Source: an uncultured Alphaproteobacteria bacterium
Lineage (GTDB): Bacteria; Pseudomonadota; Alphaproteobacteria; ATCC43930; CGMCC-115725
NCBI GenBank assembly: GCA_963729295.1
Contig: CAVSNJ010000028.1
Span: 330,702-354,701 of the forward strand
Direction of reading: 5' to 3'
DNA: 24,000 nucleotides
Shown: positions 9,592 through 16,631 of the stretch, one piece after another
Layout: every line of letters begins with the position of its first letter
Numbering within the stretch: the first letter of the stretch is position 1
Notes under the pieces: generated by a model
What the model was told of the DNA's origin: nothing
Database searches by the model: none
The model's input: the letters and a program-made list of their open reading frames with translations, nothing else
Made by a program: the position numbers and the translations under genes

Positions 9592-9665
9592 TGTGGCGGA
9601 TTTGAAGTTCCTCCGCCTCTGACCGCACGCGCGGAGAGGAACTTCAAATCCAAAAGCCACACTAG
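9588..9665. repeat. Nested-hairpin palindromic element E1 (78 bp) with CTAG termini
   Basis: The sequence is CTAGTGTGGC-GGATTTGAAGTTCC-TCCGC / 14-nt loop / GCGGA-ga-GGAACTTCAAATCC-aaaa-GCCACACTAG. That gives 10+14+5 bp of pairing with bulges on the 3' arm. Confidence 0.85.
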
Positions 9666-9678
9666 AAACATAGATTTG

Positions 9679-9754
9679 CTAGTGTCCCTAAGATTCCGAA
9701 GTTCGCATCGGAGCGTGCCGAGAGGTCGTGCGAACTTCGGAATCGGGACACTAG
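9679..9754. repeat. Nested-hairpin palindromic element E2 (76 bp), same family as E1 in inverse orientation
   Basis: The sequence is CTAGTGTCCC-taa-GATTCCGAAGTTCGCA / 21-nt loop / TGCGAACTTCGGAATC-GGGACACTAG. The bulge is on the 5' arm, and the loop resembles the reverse complement of the E1 loop (CGACCTCTCGGCACGCTCCGA versus CGCCTCTGACCGCACGCGCGGA). Confidence 0.85.
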
Positions 9755-9765
9755 GAGGGCATGCC

Positions 9766-10806
9766 ATGCGCCTCGCCATTATCGGGCAGCAGGCTTTCGG
9801 CAAGGCGGTGCTCGAGGCGTTTGCCGCCAAGGGCCACGATGTCGCTTGCGTGTTCGTGCCGCCGCAAGAACCCGGCGCGCGGCCCGATGCGCTGGCCGAG
9901 GCGGCTTCCGGCGCCGGCATCCCGGCGCATCCGATCCGTTCCTATGCGAGCGACGAGGCGCAGGAAACTTTGCGCCGCATCGCGGTCGAGCTTGCCGTCA
10001 TGGCCTATGTGACGCAGTTCGTGCCGCAATCCTTTTGCACCATCCCGGCGCACGGCACGATCCAGTTCCATCCCTCGCTGCTGCCGCTCCATCGCGGGCC
10101 ATCCGCGATCAACTGGGCCATCATCCAGGGCCGCACCGAGACCGGGCTTTCGATCTTCCGCCCGTCGGACGGGCTCGACGAAGGGCCGGTGATCTTGCAG
10201 AAGAAAGTCGAGATCGGCCCCGACGACACGCTCGGCACGGTCTATTTCGACAAGATCTTTCCGGCGGGCGTGGCGGCGCTGATCGAGGCGGCGGAAGCGG
10301 TCGTGGCCGGCACGGCGCGCGAATGGCGCCAGGACGAGGCGAACGCGACCTACGAAGGCTGGGTGCGGGCGCCCGAAGCGCGGATCGATTGGTCGAAGCA
10401 CATCGACCGCGTCTATGACCTCGTGCGCGGCTGCAACCCGGCGCCGGGTGCTTGGACGGAGTGGGACGGCAAGCGCCTCACCATCTTCGACGCGCGGAAG
10501 CGCATCGCGCGCAGCTTCGGCGAGGTGCGCAACTTGAAGCCCGGCCAGGTGAGCGCGCTCGGGAGCGACCGCTTCACGGTCCACGCGCAAGGCGGATTTC
10601 TCGACGTGATGCGCTGCCGCATCGACGACGGCAGGAAGATCGCCGGCCCCGAGGCCGGGATCAGCGGCGGGCACGATTTTGGGTTAGGCGCTCGACACGA
10701 CGGTGCGTCCGACCGCCTCCGGCGTTATCGCACGGCGAGCGCCATGCCGCTTTCGAGCGTCTTCAACTGCTCGGTCAAGGGCGCGCGCGAAACCTTGCCG
10801 GTCTGA
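9766..10806 (+). CDS. Formyltransferase family protein resembling the N-terminal formyl-THF hydrolase/transferase domain of 10-formyltetrahydrofolate dehydrogenase; usually auto-annotated as methionyl-tRNA formyltransferase-like
   Basis: The ATG at 9766 is preceded by AGGAGGG. The sequence MRLAIIGQQAFGKAV...HGTIQFHPSLLPLHRGPSAINWAIIQG...SDGLDEGPVILQK...ATYEGW...NPAPGAWTE carries the SLLPxxRG motif with the catalytic His and Asp. The last ~40 codons are low-complexity and overlap the convergent ligase gene, so the true stop is uncertain. Confidence 0.8.
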   Translation: MRLAIIGQQAFGKAVLEAFAAKGHDVACVFVPPQEPGARPDALAEAASGAGIPAHPIRSYASDEAQETLRRIAVELAVMAYVTQFVPQSFCTIPAHGTIQFHPSLLPLHRGPSAINWAIIQGRTETGLSIFRPSDGLDEGPVILQKKVEIGPDDTLGTVYFDKIFPAGVAALIEAAEAVVAGTAREWRQDEANATYEGWVRAPEARIDWSKHIDRVYDLVRGCNPAPGAWTEWDGKRLTIFDARKRIARSFGEVRNLKPGQVSALGSDRFTVHAQGGFLDVMRCRIDDGRKIAGPEAGISGGHDFGLGARHDGASDRLRRYRTASAMPLSSVFNCSVKGARETLPV

Positions 10807-12191
10807 TTGCGCGGGATCGCGGCGACCTGGAAAATCCGGTCGGGCACGGTCGTCGGCATATGGTCGCGGCAATAGTCGTAGAGCTGCTTCACGTCGAGCT
10901 CCTGGCCGTCGCGCGCGGCGATCGCGAGCCAGATCTGCTCGATGCCGACGGCGTCGAGCATGCCGACCGCCGCGGCGTCGGCGATCGCCGGATGCTTCTT
11001 GATCTCCTCCTCGATCAGCTCGGGCGCGACCTTGACGCCGCCGCGATTGATGAGCTCGTCGATGCGGCCGGTGATGAGCAAGAGGCCGTTGCGGTAGCAG
11101 ACGCCCTGGTCGCCCGGATAGAACCAGCCTTCCGCGTCGGTCTCCTCGGTCTCGCCCGCCTCCGTCGAACGAAAGCCCTGGCCGAGCGCGCGGATGCGAA
11201 CCTCGCCCTGCTCGCCGTAAGGGAGCTTCTCGCGCTGCTCGTTCAAGACCTCGATCTCGAGCCAGGGCGCGGCGATGCCGACCGCCCGGTCCATGCCGAA
11301 GATCAGCTCCGCCGGCACATAGGCCACGGTGCCGCCTTCGGTCGAGCCATAACCGCAATAAAGCAGGTCGCACACGAGCGTGCGGATGCGCGCCTGCATC
11401 GGCGCGTAAGCGACCGCGCCGCCGAGGTGAACCGCGCGCAGCGAGTCGAGGCGCATGAAATTCTGTTCCTGGAACTGCACGAGCGCGGCAATCTGGTGCG
11501 TCGAGCCGACCAGCAGCTCGGCCTGGTAGGACAGGACGAGCTGGCGCGCGGTCGCGTCGTAGGCAAAGCAGATCGTGCGGCCGAGCCACAGCGCCGTGAC
11601 CGCGAAGCTGTAGCCGAAATTGGTCGAGATCCCGAGCATGCACACGAGCCGGTCCCAGCTCGGCGTGCTGACGCGAATCGCATAGGAGATGAGGCGCTCT
11701 TGCACCGCCTCGTAGCTCAAGGCGATGGTCTTCGGCCGGCCGGTCGTGCCCGACGACAGGATGAGCCGGCACGGGCTTTCGTCGTCCCAGGGGGCGGCGG
11801 GAGCCGGACCGGCATCGAGCAAATCCTTCCCCTCGAACCACGAATCGTCGAGCGTGACGATTTTCGCCGCGCCTTTCGGCACGGGCGCGTTGGTCAGGAC
11901 CGCGTCGAGCGCCAAATCGTCCAGGTATTCGAGCTGCGTCTGGTCGATCGAGACCGAGGCGATGCCGGCGCGGTGAAGGGCGCAAATCAAGGTGACGTGG
12001 CCGACGGCGCTTGTCACCGCGATGGCGGCGCGGTCGCCCGGCTTCAAGCCGTACTGCCGCAGTTTTTGCTGCACCGACAGGATGCCCTGCCGCAGCTTGG
12101 CGTAGGTCAGGATGCTGTCGCCGGTGATGACCGCCGCCTTGTCCGGGTTGGCGTCGGCGTGGAAAAAGATCATGTCGACGAAATCGGTCAT
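10725..12191 (-). CDS. ANL-superfamily adenylate-forming enzyme (AMP-dependent synthetase/ligase, acyl- or aryl-CoA ligase-like), 488 aa
   Basis: All core motifs are present: SSGTTGRPK (A3 P-loop), YGSTEGG (A5), WFYPGDQG (A7), GRIDELINRGGVKVAPELIEE (A8) and PRNQTGKVSR (A10 lysine). Confidence 0.9.
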   Translation of the reverse strand: MTDFVDMIFFHADANPDKAAVITGDSILTYAKLRQGILSVQQKLRQYGLKPGDRAAIAVTSAVGHVTLICALHRAGIASVSIDQTQLEYLDDLALDAVLTNAPVPKGAAKIVTLDDSWFEGKDLLDAGPAPAAPWDDESPCRLILSSGTTGRPKTIALSYEAVQERLISYAIRVSTPSWDRLVCMLGISTNFGYSFAVTALWLGRTICFAYDATARQLVLSYQAELLVGSTHQIAALVQFQEQNFMRLDSLRAVHLGGAVAYAPMQARIRTLVCDLLYCGYGSTEGGTVAYVPAELIFGMDRAVGIAAPWLEIEVLNEQREKLPYGEQGEVRIRALGQGFRSTEAGETEETDAEGWFYPGDQGVCYRNGLLLITGRIDELINRGGVKVAPELIEEEIKKHPAIADAAAVGMLDAVGIEQIWLAIAARDGQELDVKQLYDYCRDHMPTTVPDRIFQVAAIPRNQTGKVSRAPLTEQLKTLESGMALAVR

Positions 12192-12387
12192 CGGAAAATC
12201 GCCCCGCCTCGAATTTCAGCCGCCAAAACCTAGCCGGTTTCGGCGCGAAACTGTTGCATATCCGCTACAGCCTTGCGTTTTCTACCGAATTGCCCGCAAA
12301 ATAGCGACACGCCCTGGATTTCCGGGATAGAATTAATTTGGGGCCAGGCGCGAATTTTCGCGGCCCGATCGGGGGATGGGGGTCTAG

Positions 12388-13194
12388 GTGACAGAACGTT
12401 CCGTGCTTACGAATTCCACGGTGGCGCTTGCCGCCGGCGCGGCCGCGATGGCGTCGTCGGGCGCCGCGGCGCAGGTCGGCTCCGGGACCGACTGGGGCGG
12501 CTTCTATGTCGGCGGCAACGCCGGTGTGAATTTCCTGCATTCGGACCCAGGCGGATCGACCGACCAGGTGTTGGGCGGCGGTGCGGGCTATGGCGGCGTT
12601 CCGTTAGCCGCCCCGGAGACCGTCGGCACCTCCAATGGCTCCGGCGCGCTCGTCGGCGGACAGGGCGGATTCAACTGGCAGCAAGCGCAGTGGGTCTATG
12701 GCGGCGAGCTGGGCTTTCAGTGGCTCGGCGACAACACCACCTCGACCCGGGGCAACATGCCTTTCGGCTACACGAAAGGTGGCGGCACCTATGGTTATTC
12801 CGGATCGACCGTGCGCAGTTCGAAGGCCGAGGGTCTCTTCACGATGCGCGCGCGCATCGGCGAGGATTTCAACGGCACCTTGCCGTACGTCATCGGCGGC
12901 TTCGCCCTTGCCCAAGTGAAGAGCACCTGGACGTTCTCCAGCCCTGGTGGGGTCGGCTACGGAAATGGCCAAAGCGGCGCGAAGACGTCGTGGCTGCCGG
13001 GCTTCGCCATCGGCGCCGGCATCGAGCAAAAGCTCGGGCCCAACTGGTCGGTCCGCGGCGAATTCTCATGGATGCAGTTCCAGACCCAGAAACTAGCCAC
13101 CCCGGTGCACGCGGCCTATGCCGCTGGCGCCGGGCAGGCCGCCTTCAAGAGCAGCATCTCGACGGTGACGCTCGGCCTCAATTACCGCTTCTGA
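12388..13194 (+). CDS. Outer-membrane beta-barrel protein (Omp25/Omp31/RopB-like small porin family), copy 1
   Basis: The GTG start is preceded by GGGGGATGGGGG. There is an Ala-rich signal-like N-terminus ending AAAQ, and alternating aromatic/Gly beta-strand pattern (WGGFYVGGNAG, WLPGFAIGAGIEQKL, WSVRGEFSWMQF). The C-terminal LGLNYRF has the terminal Phe typical of OMPs. Confidence 0.8.
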   Translation: MTERSVLTNSTVALAAGAAAMASSGAAAQVGSGTDWGGFYVGGNAGVNFLHSDPGGSTDQVLGGGAGYGGVPLAAPETVGTSNGSGALVGGQGGFNWQQAQWVYGGELGFQWLGDNTTSTRGNMPFGYTKGGGTYGYSGSTVRSSKAEGLFTMRARIGEDFNGTLPYVIGGFALAQVKSTWTFSSPGGVGYGNGQSGAKTSWLPGFAIGAGIEQKLGPNWSVRGEFSWMQFQTQKLATPVHAAYAAGAGQAAFKSSISTVTLGLNYRF

Positions 13195-13288
13195 TTTCGG
13201 GGACCGGAACGGCTTAGGATTTCCGGGCTAGAATTGATTTGGGGCGAGGCGCGAATTTTCGCGGCCCGATCGGGGGATGGGGGTCTAG

Positions 13289-14083
13289 GTGACAGAACGT
13301 TCCGCGCTCACGAACTCCACGGTGGCGCTTGCCGCCGGCGCGGCCGCGATGGCGTCGTCGGGCGCCGCGGCGCAGGTCGGCTCCGGGACCGACTGGGGCG
13401 GCTTCTATGTCGGCGGCAACGCCGGCGCGAACTTCCTGCACACCGATCCTGGCGGATCGAATATCGCCATCGCGCAACCCGGCTATGCCGCGACCTCGTT
13501 CGGGTCGGAGACCGTCGGGACCTCCAATGGCTCGGGCGCGCTCGTCGGCGGACAGGCCGGATTCAACTGGCAGCAGGCGCAATGGGTGTATGGCGGCGAA
13601 CTGGGTCTTCAGTGGCTCGGCGACAACACCACCTTCACCAGAGGCAATTTCCCGCACGGCTACACCTTCGGGGGCGGCACCTACGGCTATGCCGGGAGTA
13701 CCACCCGCTCGTCGAAGGCCGAAAGCCTGATGACTCTGCGCGGGCGGATTGGCGAGGATTTCAACGGCACGATGCCCTATGTCATCGGCGGCTTCGCGCT
13801 CGCCCAGGTTAAGAGCACCTGGACCCTCTTTTCCGCACCCGGATACGGGGGCCCGCAGACCAGCTCGAAGACGTCCTGGCTGCCCGGCTTCGCCATCGGC
13901 GCCGGCATCGAGCAAAAGCTCGGGCCGAACTGGTCGGTCCGCGGCGAATTGTCGTGGATGCAGTTCCAGACGCAGAAACTGGCCAACCCGGTCCACACGG
14001 CCTATGCCACGAGCGCGGGCGGCAACGCCAATTTCAAAAGCACCATCACGACGGTGACGCTCGGCCTCAATTACCGCTTCTGA
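13289..14083 (+). CDS. Outer-membrane beta-barrel protein (Omp25/Omp31/RopB-like), copy 2 (tandem paralogue)
   Basis: It has the same architecture, leader and N-terminus as copy 1 and the same C-terminal LGLNYRF. It differs mainly in segments between the predicted strands. Confidence 0.8.
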   Translation: MTERSALTNSTVALAAGAAAMASSGAAAQVGSGTDWGGFYVGGNAGANFLHTDPGGSNIAIAQPGYAATSFGSETVGTSNGSGALVGGQAGFNWQQAQWVYGGELGLQWLGDNTTFTRGNFPHGYTFGGGTYGYAGSTTRSSKAESLMTLRGRIGEDFNGTMPYVIGGFALAQVKSTWTLFSAPGYGGPQTSSKTSWLPGFAIGAGIEQKLGPNWSVRGELSWMQFQTQKLANPVHTAYATSAGGNANFKSTITTVTLGLNYRF

Positions 14084-14183
14084 CTTGCGGCGTGGCGGCT
14101 CGGGCGCCGGTCTGGCATACCGCCGGCTTCGTTGACATGCGAAAATCCGACAAAATCCGCCGCCGTGATGCGAGCCCGCTCTC

Positions 14184-15314
14184 ATGAATTGTCTTGACGT
14201 GATTTTCTTCCAGGCGGAATTGGCGCCTGAGAAACTGGCTGTCGTCGCGCACGGCGCGGTCATTTCCTACGCGCGGCTGGCGCGCGGCATCGCCTCGGCC
14301 GAGCGCCGGCTCGCCGCGAGCGGCCTCAAGGCGGGACATCTCGTGGGCCTCGACGTCGCTCATCCGATCGACCATTTCGTCTTCGCCTGCGCGCTCTATC
14401 GCATGAAGATCGCCTCGGTCTCGCTCGCCGCCGCGCTCGAGGAGTATCCGCAAAACCTCGAGTTCGAGGCGGTGCTGGCCGACAACCTCGAAGTCTCGAA
14501 ACGGAAACCCACGGCGCGCATCCTGTTCGTCGATACGTCGTGGTTCCAGGACCCGGTCGAATTGTCGGTCGACGAGCGTTCGCGCGCGCGGCGCGAGCCC
14601 GCGGGATGGATCGGCCGCGTCACGCTCCGCCGCTCCAGCAACGCGCCGCCGGCCATCGTCAAGACCACGGCCGCCGCGCTCGAGGCGCAGATCATCGACT
14701 ATTGGCTGGCGCTCGCGCCCGATTGGGAGCGCATGATCTCGGTCCAGAGCCTCGCATCGGTGCAGGGCTTCGTTCTGGCGCTCGCGGCGCTCACGCAGGG
14801 GCGGACGATCTGCCTCGCCGATCCCGGCATCGCGCGCGAGCTGATCGCCGTCTACAAGCATCACTATCTCGTCGCCGCGGCGCTCGAGCTGGCGTCGCTC
14901 GTGGCGCGCCAGGGCACGGATTTCGCGCCGCTGCCGGCGTTGCGCGGCGCCTTCATCGAGGGCACGGAATTTCCCGCCGATCTCGTCGCCGCCTGCATGG
15001 CGACGATCTCGCCCAACACCACGCTCTGCTACAGCCATCCCGAGACCGGCATCATCGCCTTCGGCGCGGCCGGCCGCCTCAGGGAGGTTCGGGGCGCGGT
15101 GGAAGTCATCGCACCCTGGGCCGAGGTCGAGATCGTCGGCGCTGGCGGCGAAGTTCTGCCGAGCGAAGCCGAGGGCCGGCTGCGGTTCCGGCGCCGAACC
15201 GGGCGCGGCCCGGGCGCGCCGGGGAGCGCCGATGCGGCCGGAGACACCTGGGTCAATTCGGGGCAAAGGGCGCGGCGGCTCCGTAACAACCTGCTGGTCG
15301 TCACTCCCGGCTGA
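14184..15314 (+). CDS. ANL-ligase N-terminal-domain paralogue with degenerate catalytic motifs and no C-terminal subdomain (putative pseudoenzyme or old gene remnant), 376 aa
   Basis: It is collinear with the 10725..12191 product from residue 1 (MNCLDVIFFQAELAPEKLAVV versus MTDFVDMIFFHADANPDKAAVI; IASVS, DxSWF, LGRTIC/QGRTIC and APWxEVEIV blocks). The P-loop is RRSSNAPPAIVK, A5 is YSHPETG and the A7 Asp is lost (VNSGQR). The ORF stops at VVTPG*, where the paralogue has LITGR (the A8 hinge). Confidence 0.65.
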   Translation: MNCLDVIFFQAELAPEKLAVVAHGAVISYARLARGIASAERRLAASGLKAGHLVGLDVAHPIDHFVFACALYRMKIASVSLAAALEEYPQNLEFEAVLADNLEVSKRKPTARILFVDTSWFQDPVELSVDERSRARREPAGWIGRVTLRRSSNAPPAIVKTTAAALEAQIIDYWLALAPDWERMISVQSLASVQGFVLALAALTQGRTICLADPGIARELIAVYKHHYLVAAALELASLVARQGTDFAPLPALRGAFIEGTEFPADLVAACMATISPNTTLCYSHPETGIIAFGAAGRLREVRGAVEVIAPWAEVEIVGAGGEVLPSEAEGRLRFRRRTGRGPGAPGSADAAGDTWVNSGQRARRLRNNLLVVTPG

Positions 15315-15318
15315 GCCG

Positions 15319-15345
15319 GCGCGCGTCCTGCGACCGCGCGCTTTA
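15319..15345 (+). terminator. Weak candidate intrinsic terminator after the ANL-like gene
   Basis: GCGCGCG (15319-15325) pairs with CGCGCGC (15335-15341) across a 9-nt loop, followed only by TTTA. The short U-tract keeps confidence low. Confidence 0.25.
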
Positions 15346-15395
15346 CGACTTCCCCCGCCTCGGGCGGACGCCTAGGCTTTCCGCGAGAGGTCGCC

Positions 15396-16631
15396 ATGGA
15401 CAATCGCCCGCCGCCGCTGCTCTGGCCCGAGCCCGGCTTTTCCCGCGTCCCCTACGACGTCTACAAGAGCGCCGAGATCTATGAGGCCGAGCGCGAACGC
15501 GTCTTCCTGGGCGCTTCGTGGAATTATCTCTGCCTCGAGTGCGAGCTCGCCAGGCCCGGCGACTACCGCGCGACCTATGTCGGCGACGTGCCGGTGGTGG
15601 TGGCGCGCGACATGGACGGAAGCCTCGGCGGCTTCGAGAACCGCTGCGCCCACCGCGGCGCGCTCATCTGCTCCAAGGAGAGCGGCAATGGCGCGCGCAT
15701 CTCCTGCGTCTATCACGGCTGGACCTACGACCTGAAAGGCAACCTCACCGCCGTGCCGTTCCAGCGCGGCATCGCGGGCAAGGGCGGCATGCCTGACGAT
15801 TTCCGGCGCGAGGCGTGGAAGCGGCGCTCGTTGCGCGTCGCGAGCTTTTGCGGCCTCGTCTTCGGCACGTTTGCCGCGGACGCGCCAGCGCTCGAAACCT
15901 ATCTGGGGCCGGCGATCGCGGCGCACATCGCCCGCGTGATGATGAAGCCGGCGAAGGTGCTCGGCTACAACAGCCAGATCCTGCCCAACAATTGGAAGAT
16001 GTATATCTGCAACGTGCGCGACCCTTATCACGCGAGCCTGTTGCATCTCTTCTTCACGACCTTCCGCCTCAACCGCCTTTCGGCCGAGGGCGGGATATTG
16101 ATCGACGAGAGCGGCGGCCATCACGTGAGCTACAGCAAGGCGGCGACCGACCGGCCGAGCCCCGAGTACGACGCCGCCGAGCTGCGCACGAAGCACGAGG
16201 GCTTCGCGCTCGCCGATCCGTCGATGATCGAAGGGAAGGACGAGTTCGGCGACGGCATCACCTTGCAGATCCTCTCGGTCTTTCCCTGCTTCGTCTTGCA
16301 GCAGATCCAGAACTGCCTGTGCACGCGCCAGATCGTGCCGCGCGGCAAGGACGAGACCGAGCTGCTGTGGACCTATTTCGGCTTCGAGGACGACGACGAG
16401 GCGATGGTGCTCCATCGCGTCAAGCAGGCGAACCTCGTCGGCCCCGGCGGCTATGTCTCGATGGAGGACGGCGCGGTCGGCAGCTTCGTGCGCCGCGGCA
16501 TCACGGGATCGGGCGAGGATCGCGAGCTCCTCGAGATGGGCGGGCGCGACTGGCGCTCGCAGGATACGCGCGCCACGGAATCATCGCTCAGGGGATTCTG
16601 GAAGGTCTACCGCGAGCATATGGGTCTATGA
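15396..16631 (+). CDS. Rieske (2Fe-2S) aromatic ring-hydroxylating oxygenase, alpha subunit
   Basis: The Rieske motif CAHRG-X-CVYHGW (C-X-H-X17-C-X2-H) and the mononuclear-iron motif DPYHASLLH (H-X4-H) are present. GAGAGG lies upstream of the ATG at 15396. Confidence 0.9.
   Translation: MDNRPPPLLWPEPGFSRVPYDVYKSAEIYEAERERVFLGASWNYLCLECELARPGDYRATYVGDVPVVVARDMDGSLGGFENRCAHRGALICSKESGNGARISCVYHGWTYDLKGNLTAVPFQRGIAGKGGMPDDFRREAWKRRSLRVASFCGLVFGTFAADAPALETYLGPAIAAHIARVMMKPAKVLGYNSQILPNNWKMYICNVRDPYHASLLHLFFTTFRLNRLSAEGGILIDESGGHHVSYSKAATDRPSPEYDAAELRTKHEGFALADPSMIEGKDEFGDGITLQILSVFPCFVLQQIQNCLCTRQIVPRGKDETELLWTYFGFEDDDEAMVLHRVKQANLVGPGGYVSMEDGAVGSFVRRGITGSGEDRELLEMGGRDWRSQDTRATESSLRGFWKVYREHMGL

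Larger units (their letters stand above)
12316..14086 (+). repeat. Tandem duplication (period 901 bp) comprising leader plus OMP gene, two units
   Basis: Unit 1 begins at 12316 and unit 2 at 13217. The first 209 nt of each unit (72-nt leader plus 5' CDS) differ at only 6 positions and include a 110-nt perfectly identical run (12415-12524 = 13316-13425). The central parts are clearly more diverged. Confidence 0.9.

Noticed and set aside
9588-9754. Hairpin elements as integron attC sites
   Set aside because: Imperfect palindromes with extrahelical bulges recall attC. However, attC has RYYYAAC at the 5' end and GTTRRRY at the 3' end. Here the GTT/AAC cores are internal and in the opposite order (GAAGTTC ... 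GAACTTC), the termini are CTAGTGT/ACACTAG, and no integrase or cassette structure is nearby.
9588-9754. Hairpin elements as simple rho-independent terminators of bioFD
   Set aside because: Neither stem is followed by a U-tract (E1 is followed by AAACATAG, E2 by GAGGGCATG). Stems of 26-29 bp with bulges are far longer than typical terminators. Some terminator or insulator activity is still possible but is not the simplest description.
12316-14086. OMP pair as a diversity-generating retroelement (template/variable repeat) or invertible phase-variation switch
   Set aside because: No reverse transcriptase or recombinase gene is nearby. Differences between copies are not adenine-specific, the repeats are direct rather than inverted, and both copies have complete ORFs with their own leader.
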